Part shown: positions 52,393-63,194 of the stretch, piece after piece
Layout: each line of letters opens with the position of its first letter
Numbering within the stretch: position 1 is the first letter of the stretch
From: Escherichia coli
GTDB taxonomy: Bacteria > Pseudomonadota > Gammaproteobacteria > Enterobacterales > Enterobacteriaceae
Direction: 5' to 3' (one strand)
Assembly (NCBI RefSeq): GCF_003018255.1
Contig: NZ_CP027440.1
DNA length: 64,000 nt
The notes under the pieces: model-generated
What the model was told of the DNA's origin: nothing
The model's database searches: none
Seen by the model: only the letters and a program-made list of their open reading frames with translations
Translations under genes and position numbers: made by a program

Positions 52393-53352
52393 ATGAGTCT
52401 GAATTTCCTTGATTTTGAACAGCCGATTGCAGAGCTGGAAGCGAAAATCGATTCTCTGACTGCGGTTAGCCGTCAGGATGAGAAACTGGATATTAACATC
52501 GATGAAGAAGTGCATCGTCTGCGTGAAAAAAGCGTAGAACTGACGCGTAAAATCTTCGCCGATCTCGGTGCATGGCAGATTGCGCAACTGGCACGCCATC
52601 CACAGCGTCCTTATACCCTGGATTACGTTCGCCTGGCATTTGATGAATTTGACGAACTGGCTGGCGACCGCGCGTATGCAGACGATAAAGCTATCGTCGG
52701 TGGTATCGCCCGTCTCGATGGTCGTCCGGTGATGATCATTGGTCATCAAAAAGGTCGTGAAACCAAAGAAAAAATTCGCCGTAACTTTGGTATGCCAGCG
52801 CCAGAAGGTTACCGTAAAGCACTGCGTCTGATGCAAATGGCTGAACGCTTTAAGATGCCTATCATCACCTTTATCGACACCCCGGGGGCTTATCCTGGCG
52901 TGGGCGCAGAAGAGCGTGGTCAGTCTGAAGCCATTGCACGCAACCTGCGTGAAATGTCTCGCCTCGGCGTACCGGTAGTTTGTACGGTTATCGGTGAAGG
53001 TGGTTCTGGCGGTGCGCTGGCGATTGGCGTGGGCGATAAAGTGAATATGCTGCAATACAGCACCTATTCCGTTATCTCGCCGGAAGGTTGTGCGTCCATT
53101 CTGTGGAAGAGCGCCGACAAAGCGCCGCTGGCGGCTGAAGCGATGGGTATCATCGCTCCGCGTCTGAAAGAGCTGAAACTGATCGACTCCATCATCCCGG
53201 AACCGCTGGGCGGCGCTCATCGTAACCCGGAAGCGATGGCGGCATCGTTGAAAGCGCAACTGCTGGCGGATCTGGCCGATCTCGACGTGTTAAGCACTGA
53301 AGATTTAAAAAATCGTCGTTATCAGCGCCTGATGAGCTACGGTTACGCGTAA
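52393..53352 (+). CDS. accA: Acetyl-CoA carboxylase carboxyltransferase alpha subunit
   Basis: ORF track 52393..53352 (+), 319 aa. Confidence 0.97.
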   Translation: MSLNFLDFEQPIAELEAKIDSLTAVSRQDEKLDINIDEEVHRLREKSVELTRKIFADLGAWQIAQLARHPQRPYTLDYVRLAFDEFDELAGDRAYADDKAIVGGIARLDGRPVMIIGHQKGRETKEKIRRNFGMPAPEGYRKALRLMQMAERFKMPIITFIDTPGAYPGVGAEERGQSEAIARNLREMSRLGVPVVCTVIGEGGSGGALAIGVGDKVNMLQYSTYSVISPEGCASILWKSADKAPLAAEAMGIIAPRLKELKLIDSIIPEPLGGAHRNPEAMAASLKAQLLADLADLDVLSTEDLKNRRYQRLMSYGYA

Positions 53353-53368
53353 TTCGCAAAAGTTCTGA

Positions 53369-53397
53369 AAAAGGGTCACTTCGGTGGCCCTTTTTTA
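53369..53397 (+). terminator. Intrinsic terminator after accA (gggtcac-UUCG loop-gtggccc + TTTTTT)
   Basis: Read from sequence; UUCG tetraloop and U-tract. Confidence 0.65.
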
Positions 53398-53450
53398 TCG
53401 CCACGGTTTGAGCAGGCTATGATTAAGGAAGGATTTTCCAGGAGGAACAC

Positions 53451-55592
53451 ATGAACATCATTGCCATTATGGGACCGCATGGCGTCTTTTATAAAGATGA
53501 GCCCATCAAAGAACTGGAGTCGGCGCTGGTGGCGCAAGGCTTTCAGATTATCTGGCCACAAAACAGCGTTGATTTGCTGAAATTTATCGAACATAACCCT
53601 CGAATTTGCGGCGTGATTTTTGACTGGGATGAGTACAGTCTCGATTTATGTAGCGATATCAATCAGCTTAATGAATATCTCCCGCTTTATGCCTTCATCA
53701 ACACCCACTCGACGATGGATGTCAGCGTGCAGGATATGCGGATGGCGCTCTGGTTTTTTGAATATGCGCTGGGGCAGGCGGAAGATATCGCCATTCGTAT
53801 GCGTCAGTACACCGACGAATATCTTGATAACATTACACCGCCGTTCACGAAAGCCTTGTTTACCTACGTCAAAGAGCGGAAGTACACCTTTTGTACGCCG
53901 GGTCATATGGGCGGCACCGCATATCAAAAAAGCCCGGTTGGCTGTCTGTTTTATGATTTTTTCGGCGGGAATACTCTTAAGGCTGATGTCTCTATTTCGG
54001 TTACCGAGCTTGGTTCGTTGCTCGACCACACCGGGCCACACCTGGAAGCGGAAGAGTACATCGCGCGGACTTTTGGCGCGGAACAGAGTTATATCGTTAC
54101 CAACGGAACATCGACATCGAACAAAATTGTGGGTATGTACGCCGCGCCATCCGGCAGTACGCTGTTAATTGACCGCAATTGTCATAAATCGCTGGCGCAT
54201 CTGTTGATGATGAACGATGTAGTGCCAGTCTGGCTGAAACCGACGCGTAATGCGTTGGGGATTCTTGGTGGGATCCCGCGCCGTGAATTTACTCGCGACA
54301 GCATCGAAGAGAAAGTCGCTGCTACCACGCAAGCACAATGGCCGGTTCATGCGGTGATTACCAACTCCACTTATGATGGCTTGCTCTACAACACCGACTG
54401 GATCAAACAGACGCTGGATGTCCCGTCGATTCACTTCGATTCTGCCTGGGTGCCGTACACCCATTTTCATCCGATCTACCAGGGTAAAAGTGGTATGAGC
54501 GGCGAGCGTGTTGCGGGAAAAGTGATCTTCGAAACGCAATCGACCCACAAAATGCTGGCGGCGTTATCGCAGGCTTCGCTGATCCACATTAAAGGCGAGT
54601 ATGACGAAGAGGCGTTTAACGAAGCCTTTATGATGCATACCACCACCTCGCCCAGTTATCCCATTGTTGCTTCGGTTGAGACGGCAGCGGCGATGCTGCG
54701 TGGTAATCCGGGCAAACGGCTGATTAACCGTTCAGTAGAACGAGCGCTGCATTTTCGCAAAGAGGTCCAGCGGCTGCGGGAAGAGTCTGACGGCTGGTTT
54801 TTCGATATCTGGCAACCGCCGCAGGTGGATGAAGCCGAATGCTGGCCCGTTGCGCCAGGCGAACGATGGCACGGCTTTAACGATGCGGATGCCGATCATA
54901 TGTTTCTCGATCCGGTTAAAGTCACTATTCTGACACCGGGGATGGACGAGCAGGGCAATATGAGCGAGGAGGGGATCCCGGCGGCGCTGGTGGCAAAATT
55001 CCTCGACGAACGTGGGATCGTAGTAGAGAAAACCGGCCCGTATAACCTGCTGTTTCTTTTTAGTATTGGCATCGATAAAACCAAGGCAATGGGATTATTG
55101 CGTGGGTTGACGGAATTCAAACGCTCTTACGATCTCAACCTGCGGATCAAAAATATGCTACCCGATCTCTATGCTGAAGATCCCGATTTCTACCGCAATA
55201 TGCGTATTCAGGATCTGGCGCAAGGGATCCATAAGCTGATTCGTAAACACGATCTTTCCGGTTTGATGTTGCGGGCATTTGATACCTTGCCGGAGATGAT
55301 CATGACGCCACATCAGGCATGGCAGAGACAGATTAAAGGCGAAGTGGAAACCATTGCGCTGGAACAACTGGTCGGTAGAGTATCGGCAAATATGATCCTG
55401 CCTTATCCACCTGGCGTACCGCTGCTGATGCCAGGAGAAATGCTGACCAAAGAGAGCCGCACGGTACTCGATTTTCTACTGATGCTTTGTTCCGTAGGGC
55501 AACATTACCCCGGTTTTGAAACGGATATTCACGGCGCGAAACAGGACGAAGACGGCGTTTACCGCGTACGAGTCCTAAAAATGGCGGGATAA
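53451..55592 (+). CDS. ldcC: Constitutive lysine decarboxylase
   Basis: ORF track 53451..55592 (+), 713 aa; Orn/Lys/Arg decarboxylase fold-type I PLP enzyme; location after accA identifies it as ldcC rather than cadA. Confidence 0.95.
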   Translation: MNIIAIMGPHGVFYKDEPIKELESALVAQGFQIIWPQNSVDLLKFIEHNPRICGVIFDWDEYSLDLCSDINQLNEYLPLYAFINTHSTMDVSVQDMRMALWFFEYALGQAEDIAIRMRQYTDEYLDNITPPFTKALFTYVKERKYTFCTPGHMGGTAYQKSPVGCLFYDFFGGNTLKADVSISVTELGSLLDHTGPHLEAEEYIARTFGAEQSYIVTNGTSTSNKIVGMYAAPSGSTLLIDRNCHKSLAHLLMMNDVVPVWLKPTRNALGILGGIPRREFTRDSIEEKVAATTQAQWPVHAVITNSTYDGLLYNTDWIKQTLDVPSIHFDSAWVPYTHFHPIYQGKSGMSGERVAGKVIFETQSTHKMLAALSQASLIHIKGEYDEEAFNEAFMMHTTTSPSYPIVASVETAAAMLRGNPGKRLINRSVERALHFRKEVQRLREESDGWFFDIWQPPQVDEAECWPVAPGERWHGFNDADADHMFLDPVKVTILTPGMDEQGNMSEEGIPAALVAKFLDERGIVVEKTGPYNLLFLFSIGIDKTKAMGLLRGLTEFKRSYDLNLRIKNMLPDLYAEDPDFYRNMRIQDLAQGIHKLIRKHDLSGLMLRAFDTLPEMIMTPHQAWQRQIKGEVETIALEQLVGRVSANMILPYPPGVPLLMPGEMLTKESRTVLDFLLMLCSVGQHYPGFETDIHGAKQDEDGVYRVRVLKMAG

Positions 55593-55648
55593 CTTGCCAG
55601 AGCGGCTTCCGGGCGAGTAACGTGCTGTTAACAAATAAAGGAGACGTT

Positions 55649-56038
55649 ATGCTGGGTTTAAAACAGGTTCACCATATTGCGATTATTGCGACGGATTATG
55701 CGGTGAGCAAAGCGTTTTACTGCGATATTCTTGGTTTCACGCTGCAAAGCGAAGTCTATCGCGAAGCGCGCGACTCGTGGAAAGGGGATTTGGCGCTTAA
55801 TGGGCAATATGTGATTGAGCTTTTCTCATTTCCGTTCCCGCCGGAGCGCCCCAGCCGACCGGAAGCTTGCGGCCTGCGTCATCTGGCTTTTAGCGTTGAT
55901 GATATCGATGCGGCAGTGGCGCACCTTGAAAGCCATAACGTGAAGTGTGAAGCCATCCGTGTCGATCCATACACGCAAAAACGCTTCACGTTCTTTAACG
56001 ATCCGGACGGGCTGCCGTTGGAACTGTATGAGCAGTAA
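55649..56038 (+). CDS. yaeR: VOC (glyoxalase/bleomycin resistance) family protein
   Basis: ORF track 55622..56038 (+); start at ATG 55649 (MLGLKQVHHIAIIATDY..., 129 aa). Confidence 0.85.
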   Translation: MLGLKQVHHIAIIATDYAVSKAFYCDILGFTLQSEVYREARDSWKGDLALNGQYVIELFSFPFPPERPSRPEACGLRHLAFSVDDIDAAVAHLESHNVKCEAIRVDPYTQKRFTFFNDPDGLPLELYEQ

Positions 56039-56102
56039 GGCTTGTCATCGCCGCATTTGCCCGGTAACGTGCCGGGCATTGCTACTGTAAAATCGCATCA
56101 TC

Positions 56103-57401
56103 ATGACACTCACGCTCAATAGACAACTTCTCTCCTCACGCCAGATTCTGGTGGCCTTTAGCGGCGGGCTTGACTCCACCGTTCTGCTGCATCAGTTGGT
56201 GCAGTGGCGGATGGAAAATCCGGGCGTCACTCTGCGCGCTATCCATGTGCATCACGGTTTAAGTGCTAATGCCGATGCCTGGGTTAGGCATTGCGAGAAC
56301 ATCTGCCAACAGTGGCAGGTGCCGCTGGTGGTCGAGCGCGTGCAACTTGCGCAAGAAGGACTGGGCATTGAGGCCCAGGCGCGGCAGGCACGTTATCAGG
56401 CATTTGCCCGCACCTTGTTACCCGGTGAAGTGCTGGTCACCGCGCAACATCTCGACGATCAATGTGAAACCTTTCTGCTGGCGCTAAAACGCGGTAGCGG
56501 CCCTGCCGGGCTTTCGGCTATGGGGGAAGTTTCGGAGTTTGCCGGAACACGGCTTATCCGCCCGTTGCTCGCCCGCACGCGGGGAGAACTGGTGCAGTGG
56601 GCGCGTCAGTATGATTTACGCTGGATTGAAGACGAAAGTAATCAGGATGATAGCTACGATCGTAACTTCCTGCGCCTGCGCGTGGTGCCGTTATTGCAGC
56701 AGCGTTGGCCGCATTTTGCCGAAGCAACGGCCCGCAGCGCTGCGCTTTGCGCTGAACAAGAGAGCCTGTTGGATGAACTGCTGGCGGATGATATAGCACA
56801 CTGTCAAACGTCGCAGGGGACGCTGCAGATTGCGCCAATGCTGGCGATGAGTGATGCCCGCCGCGCGGCGATTATCCGCCGCTGGCTGGCAGGGAAGAAT
56901 GCACCGATGCCTTCCCGCGACGCGTTGGTGAGGATCTGGCAGGAAGTGGCGCTGGCGCGGGAAGATGCTTCCCCCTGTTTACGCCTGGGCGCGTTTGAAA
57001 TCCGCCGCTATCAGTCGCAACTGTGGTGGATTAAATCCGTCACTGGGCAAAGCGAAACCATTGTGCCGTGGCAGACGTGGCTACAACCGCTGGAATTACC
57101 GGCGGGACTGGGAAGTGTACAGCTTACTGCGGGAGGCGATATTCGCCCTCCGCGTGCAGACGAAGCGGTCAGCGTGCGTTTCAAAGCGCCAGGATTGCTG
57201 CATATTATCGGGCGCAACGGCGGACGTAAGCTGAAGAAAATCTGGCAAGAGCTGGGTGTGCCGCCGTGGCTACGTGACACCACGCCACTGCTGTTTTATG
57301 GCGAAACGTTGATTGCGGCGGCAGGGGTATTTGTGACGCAAGAAGGTGTGGCTGAAGGTGAGAATGGCGTCAGTTTTGTCTGGCAGAAAACGCTTAGTTA
57401 A
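56103..57401 (+). CDS. tilS: tRNA(Ile)-lysidine synthetase
   Basis: ORF track 56103..57401 (+), 432 aa; PP-loop SGGLDS. Confidence 0.93.
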   Translation: MTLTLNRQLLSSRQILVAFSGGLDSTVLLHQLVQWRMENPGVTLRAIHVHHGLSANADAWVRHCENICQQWQVPLVVERVQLAQEGLGIEAQARQARYQAFARTLLPGEVLVTAQHLDDQCETFLLALKRGSGPAGLSAMGEVSEFAGTRLIRPLLARTRGELVQWARQYDLRWIEDESNQDDSYDRNFLRLRVVPLLQQRWPHFAEATARSAALCAEQESLLDELLADDIAHCQTSQGTLQIAPMLAMSDARRAAIIRRWLAGKNAPMPSRDALVRIWQEVALAREDASPCLRLGAFEIRRYQSQLWWIKSVTGQSETIVPWQTWLQPLELPAGLGSVQLTAGGDIRPPRADEAVSVRFKAPGLLHIIGRNGGRKLKKIWQELGVPPWLRDTTPLLFYGETLIAAAGVFVTQEGVAEGENGVSFVWQKTLS

Positions 57402-57407
57402 GTGAAA

Positions 57408-57440
57408 GCCGGATAAGACGCTTCAAACGTCGCATCCGGC
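57408..57440. repeat. REP-like palindromic unit (minus-strand reading gccggatgcgacg-tttgaag-cgtcttatccggc) between convergent tilS and rof
   Basis: Read from sequence; matches the general REP pattern GCCGGATG...CTTATCCGGC. Confidence 0.5.
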
Positions 57441-57449
57441 GAAAGTCAA

Positions 57450-57704
57450 TCAGGACTCGCTCACCACCACCGTACCGATTTCCGGGTGGCTAAAGCTGGT
57501 AATTTTATCCAGACGCAGCTCGCGGGTTGTACCAGCGGCCTCGACGACCAGATACTCCACATTTTTGCGGGAGACTAAATCGCTGGCCTTCGCCTGCAAT
57601 TTTTCGCCATCTTTCAGCTCAAGTGTCAGCATTAAATGATGCTGGCAGGCGAGCTCAAGATTATCGTAATCATCACAATTGATTGGTTGATACGTATCAT
57701 TCAT
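57450..57704 (-). CDS. rof: Rho-specific inhibitor of transcription termination (Rof/YaeO)
   Basis: ORF track 57450..57710 (-); start at second ATG ([23 protein letters not shown]..., 84 aa). Confidence 0.88.
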
Positions 57705-57897
57705 TGACATAATCGCTCACCAGTAAGTTTGCCGCAGCGTATGCTGCTTTTTCCCTGACAGCCTCAGAAAGGGCGTCGTCGGCAGCCATTTCATTCAGCA
57801 CTTTCAAAACGCAGCCCAGCGCGTCCGGAACGTATCCTAAGTCTCCGCTGGCGATTTCCGCGTACCGCTTGCGTATTAACTCACAATATTTTTCCAC
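57697..57897 (-). CDS. yaeP: Small conserved protein of unknown function (UPF0253 family)
   Basis: ORF track 57697..57915 (-); start tentatively at the GTG giving [24 protein letters not shown]... (66 aa); 8-nt overlap with rof start. Confidence 0.75.
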
Positions 57898-58062
57898 ATG
57901 CCCTCCTGTCAGCACTCTGACTTAACCGTGGATGCAAGTCTAAGCCTACGAAGATAAACTCTGTTTCGCAAGGTGACTATACCACACTCATTTCTGCAAT
58001 ATCAGCGCCGCAACTGCACGTATTCCGTTACAATGGCCTCCTGATTCGAAAGGAGTTTTCTT

Positions 58063-58608
58063 ATGGCGCTTAAAGCGACAATTTATAAAGCGACGGTTAA
58101 TGTGGCCGATCTCGACCGCAACCAGTTTCTCGATGCCTCTCTGACGCTGGCGCGCCACCCTTCAGAAACCCAGGAGCGCATGATGCTGCGCCTGCTGGCG
58201 TGGCTGAAATATGCTGATGAACGTCTGCAATTTACCCGCGGTTTGTGTGCCGATGATGAGCCGGAAGCGTGGCTGCGTAACGATCATTTGGGCATTGATT
58301 TGTGGATTGAACTGGGGCTGCCGGATGAGCGGCGGATTAAGAAAGCCTGCACCCAGGCCGCAGATGTGGCACTGTTTGCCTATAATAGTCGGGCGGCGCA
58401 AATCTGGTGGCAGCAAAATCAGAGCAAATGTGCGCAGTTTGCCAATCTTTCCATCTGGTATCTGGACGATGAACAACTGGCGAAAGTAAGCGCCTTTGCC
58501 GATCGTACCATGACGCTGCAGGCAACGATTCAGGATGGCGTGATCTGGTTATCGGATGATAAGAATAATCTGGAAGTGAACTTAACCGCCTGGCAACAAC
58601 CTTCATGA
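58063..58608 (+). CDS. yaeQ: YaeQ family protein (function unknown)
   Basis: ORF track 58063..58608 (+), 181 aa. Confidence 0.88.
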   Translation: MALKATIYKATVNVADLDRNQFLDASLTLARHPSETQERMMLRLLAWLKYADERLQFTRGLCADDEPEAWLRNDHLGIDLWIELGLPDERRIKKACTQAADVALFAYNSRAAQIWWQQNQSKCAQFANLSIWYLDDEQLAKVSAFADRTMTLQATIQDGVIWLSDDKNNLEVNLTAWQQPS

Positions 58609-59027
58609 TTGTGATTTCCCGACATGTTGCTATTCCCGATGCTGAGCTTGAGATCACCGCCATTCGTGCGCAGGGCGCGGGCGGGCAGCATGTTAATAAG
58701 ACCTCAACGGCTATTCATCTGCGTTTTGACATTCGGGCGTCCAGCCTGCCAGAGTATTACAAAGAGCGTCTGCTCGCCGCCAGCCATCATTTGATCAGCA
58801 GTGACGGAGTGATTGTCATTAAGGCACAGGAATACCGCAGTCAGGAACTGAACCGCGAAGCGGCTCTGGCCCGGCTGGTGGCAGTGATTAAAGATTTAAC
58901 AACAGAACAAAAAGCCCGACGACCCACGCGCCCCACCCGTGCATCGAAAGAGCGCAGGCTGGCATCGAAAGCACAAAAATCAAGCGTGAAGGCGATGCGC
59001 GGCAAAGTGCGCAGCGGTCGGGAATAA
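58605..59027 (+). CDS. arfB: Alternative ribosome-rescue factor B (peptidyl-tRNA hydrolase, RF-like)
   Basis: ORF track 58605..59027 (+), 140 aa; GGQ motif ([12 protein letters not shown]), basic C-terminal tail; 4-nt overlap with yaeQ. Confidence 0.92.
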   Translation: MIVISRHVAIPDAELEITAIRAQGAGGQHVNKTSTAIHLRFDIRASSLPEYYKERLLAASHHLISSDGVIVIKAQEYRSQELNREAALARLVAVIKDLTTEQKARRPTRPTRASKERRLASKAQKSSVKAMRGKVRSGRE

Positions 59028-59040
59028 AAAGAAGGAATGG

Positions 59041-59751
59041 ATGGTGAAAAAAGCGATAGTGACAGCGATGGCTGTAATCAGCCTCTTTACTCTGATGGGT
59101 TGTAATAATCGGGCCGAAGTCGATACGCTTTCTCCGGCGCAGGCTGCCGAACTGAAACCGATGCCGCAAAGTTGGCGCGGCGTGCTGCCGTGTGCTGATT
59201 GCGAAGGAATCGAAACCTCTCTGTTCCTCGAAAAAGACGGAACATGGGTGATGAATGAGCGTTATCTCGGTGCTCGTGAAGAACCTTCCTCCTTCGCTTC
59301 CTACGGTACATGGGCGCGAACCGCTGACAAGCTAGTATTAACCGACAGCAAAGGTGAAAAGTCATATTATCGGGCGAAAGGCGATGCGCTGGAGATGCTC
59401 GATCGTGAAGGCAATCCGATTGAATCGCAGTTCAACTATACGCTAGAACCGGCACAATCCAGTTTACCTATGACGCCGATGACCCTGCGGGGCATGTATT
59501 TTTATATGGCTGATGCGGCGACCTTCACTGATTGCGCGACCGGAAAACGTTTCATGGTAGCGAATAACGCAGAGCTGGAGCGTAGCTACCTGGCTGCGCG
59601 CGGTCACAGTGAAAAACCGGTGTTATTGTCAGTAGAAGGTCACTTTACGCTTGAGGGTAATCCGGATACCGGTGCGCCGACTAAAGTATTGGCACCCGAT
59701 ACGGCGGGTAAATTTTATCCGAACCAGGATTGCAGTAGTTTGGGGCAGTAA
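59041..59751 (+). CDS. nlpE: Outer-membrane lipoprotein NlpE (Cpx-pathway sensor)
   Basis: ORF track 59041..59751 (+), 236 aa; lipobox LMGC, CxxC motif PCADCEG. Confidence 0.93.
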   Translation: MVKKAIVTAMAVISLFTLMGCNNRAEVDTLSPAQAAELKPMPQSWRGVLPCADCEGIETSLFLEKDGTWVMNERYLGAREEPSSFASYGTWARTADKLVLTDSKGEKSYYRAKGDALEMLDREGNPIESQFNYTLEPAQSSLPMTPMTLRGMYFYMADAATFTDCATGKRFMVANNAELERSYLAARGHSEKPVLLSVEGHFTLEGNPDTGAPTKVLAPDTAGKFYPNQDCSSLGQ

Positions 59752-59754
59752 TTG

Positions 59755-59778
59755 AAAGCCGGAGCATTCTCCGGCTTT
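59755..59778. terminator. Bidirectional terminator hairpin (aaagccgga-gcattc-tccggcttt) between convergent nlpE and yaeF
   Basis: Read from sequence; A-tract before and T-tract after the stem. Confidence 0.55.
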
Positions 59779-59780
59779 TA

Positions 59781-60605
59781 TCACTGAGTCAGCCCAACAA
59801 AGCGACCCGCCTTGATATAAATCCCTGGCTTCAGGTGCCCAACATACTGTAACTGCGTTTCTGGCTTAAACGCAGAGACATCACCAATACGCATATGCAT
59901 CAGATCGGCAGGGCTAATCCAGCCCGATTGCGCCAGTGTAAGCGGATGCCCGGCTTTGGCAAATGCATCAGTGACAAATTCCGAACAAAACCACGACTTT
60001 TTGTCTCCTTCGCCCACACTGCTTAACTGCGCTTTCGCCAGGCCGCTGACGCACTGTTGACGAAAATCCTCGGAGAACGGATTCAGTGAGCACACCTGGC
60101 GAGTCACCATAAAGGGAATAAATTCGACAATGCCGCGATAGTTATAACCGCTATCTTTGATTTTATTAGCAAACGCGGTGATATCTGTGGCTTGTTGCGG
60201 GGTAAGATCCGGGACTCGTAAGACGAAAAGCTTATCACTGTGCTTCATCGCTTTTTTAAGGGAAACGATCTGGACGCCAGCGCCTGTCGCTTCTGCAACG
60301 TTATTATCACCCAGAAAGATTGCAACGTGACTCACAGAGGAAGTGCTGAAGACGCGGATTCCAAATGAGGTTACCCCAAGGCTTGAGGAGAACAGCAAAT
60401 CGCCGGGTTTGAGATCAGGTGCCGTTATTTCTTTTATTGATTGTTCGGTGAAAGAGCTTTGATGCTGGAATTTGACTACCCATGTTTTTGCCTCGACATC
60501 TACCGCTGTGGCAGAGGAGTCTGGCTGGCTGATATCAACGGTACAGGCCGAAAGTAAAAGAAAGCAGGGGAGAAGCAGGCGGTAGTACGCCTTTGGTTTA
60601 TCCAT
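59781..60605 (-). CDS. yaeF: Predicted lipoprotein, permuted papain-fold (NlpC/P60-like) peptidase family
   Basis: ORF track 59781..60614 (-); start at ATG 60603-60605 (MDKPKAYYRLLLPCFLLLSAC lipobox, 274 aa). Confidence 0.85.
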   Translation of the reverse strand: MDKPKAYYRLLLPCFLLLSACTVDISQPDSSATAVDVEAKTWVVKFQHQSSFTEQSIKEITAPDLKPGDLLFSSSLGVTSFGIRVFSTSSVSHVAIFLGDNNVAEATGAGVQIVSLKKAMKHSDKLFVLRVPDLTPQQATDITAFANKIKDSGYNYRGIVEFIPFMVTRQVCSLNPFSEDFRQQCVSGLAKAQLSSVGEGDKKSWFCSEFVTDAFAKAGHPLTLAQSGWISPADLMHMRIGDVSAFKPETQLQYVGHLKPGIYIKAGRFVGLTQ

Positions 60606-60621
60606 TTTATACAATCCATGT

Positions 60622-60650
60622 AAAAAAGGGCCCTGAAATTCAGGACCCTT
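60622..60650 (-). terminator. Intrinsic terminator after proS (minus-strand stem gggtcctg/cagggccc, one mismatch, + TTTTTT)
   Basis: Read from sequence between proS stop (60658) and yaeF start (60605). Confidence 0.6.
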
Positions 60651-60657
60651 TCTGGCA

Positions 60658-62376
60658 TCAGCCTTTAATCTGTTTCACCAGATATTCGACGATGTCACCA
60701 GTCTTAATTAACTGTTTCTCGCCGTTGCGACGATATTTATATTCGATATCGTCGTTGTCGAGGTTACGGTCGCCCAGCACAATAGTGTGCGGAATACCGA
60801 TCAGTTCCATATCAGCAAACATCACGCCCGGACGCTCTTTGCGGTCATCCAGCAGCACTTCGATACCTTGTGCACGCAGTGCGCTGTACAGTTTCTCAGC
60901 AAGCTCCTGTACGCGGAAGGATTTGTGCATGTTCATCGGCAGAATCGCCACCTGGAACGGCGCGATAGCGTCAGGCCATACGATGCCGCGCTCGTCATAG
61001 TTCTGCTCAATCGCCGCAGCTACTACACGCGTTACCCCGATACCGTAGCAACCCATCGTCAGGATTTGGTTACGGCCATCTTCACCCTGTACGGAGGCTT
61101 TCAGTGCTTCGGAGTACTTGGTACCCAGCTGGAAGATGTGACCAACTTCGATACCACGTTTGATCAGCAGCGTACCCTGACCATCCGGGCTTGGATCGCC
61201 AGCCACCACGTTGCGGATATCAGCAATTTCCGGGGTAGCGACATCGCGATCCCAGTTGATACCGAAGTAGTGTTTACCATCGATGTTAGCACCAGCAGCG
61301 AAATCACTCATCGCCGCAACGGTACGGTCAATCACCACCGGAATTGGCATGTTTACCGGACCCAGTGAGCCAGGGCCGGCTTTAACCACGGCACGAATTT
61401 CTTCTTCGGTCGCGAAAGTCAGCGGGCTTGCAACCTGCGGCAGTTTTTCTGCTTTAACTTCGTTCAGCTCGTGGTCACCGCGCACCAGCAGCGCAACCAG
61501 CGGGAAGCTACTGCCTTCAACCGCTTTAACCAGCAGGGTCTTAACCGTTTTCTCAATCGGCAGATTGAACTGTTCAACCAGTTCCGCGATGGTCTTCGCG
61601 TTCGGCGTATCAACCAGCGTCATTTCCTGGGTAGCAGCAGCGCGCGGTTCTTTCGGCGCGATAGCTTCTGCCAGTTCAATGTTCGCTGCATAGTCAGAGG
61701 TGTCGGAGAAGACCACATCGTCTTCACCGCTTTGCGCCAGCACCTGGAATTCGTGAGAGGCGCTACCGCCGATAGAACCGGTATCGGCCTGTACGGCGCG
61801 GAAATCCAGCCCCATGCGGCTGAAGATTTTGCTGTAGGCCGCATACATTGCATCGTAGGTTTCCTGCAGGGATTCCTGAGAGGTATGGAAAGAGTAAGCA
61901 TCTTTCATCAGGAATTCGCGGGAACGCATGACGCCGAAACGCGGGCGCACTTCATCACGGAACTTAGTCTGGATCTGATAGAAGTTCAGCGGCAGCTGTT
62001 TGTAAGAGCTCAGCTCGTTACGAATCAGGTCGGTAATCACTTCTTCATGAGTTGGGCCAAGTACGAACGGACGGTCACCACGGTCAGCAATACGCAGCAA
62101 TTCCGGGCCATACTGTTCCCAACGACCACTCTCTTGCCACAGTTCAGATGGCTGAACCACCGGCATTAACACCTCAATCGCACCGGCGTTGTTCATCTCT
62201 TCACGCACGATGTTTTCGACTTTTTTCAGAACGCGCACGCCGGTCGGCAGCCAGGTGTATAACCCGGAGGCCAGCTTGCGGATCATCCCGGCGCGCAGCA
62301 TCAGCTGATGGCTGATCACCTCGGCGTCGGCAGGTGTCTCCTTGAGAGTGGAGAGCAGGTATTGGCTAGTACGCAT
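60658..62376 (-). CDS. proS: Prolyl-tRNA synthetase
   Basis: ORF track 60658..62430 (-); start at ATG giving [20 protein letters not shown]... (572 aa). Confidence 0.96.
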   Translation of the reverse strand: MRTSQYLLSTLKETPADAEVISHQLMLRAGMIRKLASGLYTWLPTGVRVLKKVENIVREEMNNAGAIEVLMPVVQPSELWQESGRWEQYGPELLRIADRGDRPFVLGPTHEEVITDLIRNELSSYKQLPLNFYQIQTKFRDEVRPRFGVMRSREFLMKDAYSFHTSQESLQETYDAMYAAYSKIFSRMGLDFRAVQADTGSIGGSASHEFQVLAQSGEDDVVFSDTSDYAANIELAEAIAPKEPRAAATQEMTLVDTPNAKTIAELVEQFNLPIEKTVKTLLVKAVEGSSFPLVALLVRGDHELNEVKAEKLPQVASPLTFATEEEIRAVVKAGPGSLGPVNMPIPVVIDRTVAAMSDFAAGANIDGKHYFGINWDRDVATPEIADIRNVVAGDPSPDGQGTLLIKRGIEVGHIFQLGTKYSEALKASVQGEDGRNQILTMGCYGIGVTRVVAAAIEQNYDERGIVWPDAIAPFQVAILPMNMHKSFRVQELAEKLYSALRAQGIEVLLDDRKERPGVMFADMELIGIPHTIVLGDRNLDNDDIEYKYRRNGEKQLIKTGDIVEYLVKQIKG

Positions 62377-62486
62377 GTTGTTACGGTTCCAGTTGGAAGG
62401 TAGAACAGGCTCAAGGTGAGCCTGGGACAAAAAAAGTGATTTAGTTTACCAGTGCAAAAGAAATGTCAAAAGAGAAGGGCGTGAAT

Positions 62487-63194
62487 TTAACGCGGTTCCA
62501 GCGCAAAGACTTCAAAACCTGCGTCGGTGACGCGCCAGCGAACGTTAAAATCATGCAGCCAGACGGCATAGGTTTTGCCCGTTTCCTCACCTTTACGATA
62601 GGCCGGGCGCGGGTCCTGCGCTAGTACTTCGCGGATAAACAGCGTTAACTGCGGATAACGCTTCTCCAGCGTCAAAAGCTGCTTTTCGACCTCTGCGGTA
62701 AAACTCACCGCCATCTCTGCAGCTGGCGCACTTTGCGCATAGCTGGCACTGGCATTTGGAAGCGATTCGGCAAAGGGGAGATACGGTTTGATATCCACTA
62801 CCGGCGTACCATCGACCAGATCCAGACTGCCGAGCTTCAGAATCACGCTGTCTTTATGGCAAACAACCTCTTTCAGCTCTACCAGCGACATACCAATTGG
62901 GTTAGGGCGAAAAGTGGAGCGTGTTGCGAAAACCCCCATTCTGGCATTACCGCCAAGACGAGGCGGACGCACAGTCGGACGCCAGCCGCCTTCCATCGTT
63001 TGATGAAAGACGAAAAGTATCCATAAATGGCTGAACGCTTCCAGGCCGCGAACGGCGTCGGCTTGGTTGTAGGGAGCAATGAGATGCAGTTCGCCGTTGG
63101 CGCTTTTTACCAGACCTGGTTGGCGCGGAACGGCGAATTTTTCTTTATAGGGCGAGCGAATAACGCCTATTTGCTCGAACTGGAAACTGCTCAT
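62487..63194 (-). CDS. tsaA: tRNA (adenine37-N6)-methyltransferase TsaA (YaeB)
   Basis: ORF track 62487..63194 (-), 235 aa. Confidence 0.92.
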   Translation of the reverse strand: MSSFQFEQIGVIRSPYKEKFAVPRQPGLVKSANGELHLIAPYNQADAVRGLEAFSHLWILFVFHQTMEGGWRPTVRPPRLGGNARMGVFATRSTFRPNPIGMSLVELKEVVCHKDSVILKLGSLDLVDGTPVVDIKPYLPFAESLPNASASYAQSAPAAEMAVSFTAEVEKQLLTLEKRYPQLTLFIREVLAQDPRPAYRKGEETGKTYAVWLHDFNVRWRVTDAGFEVFALEPR

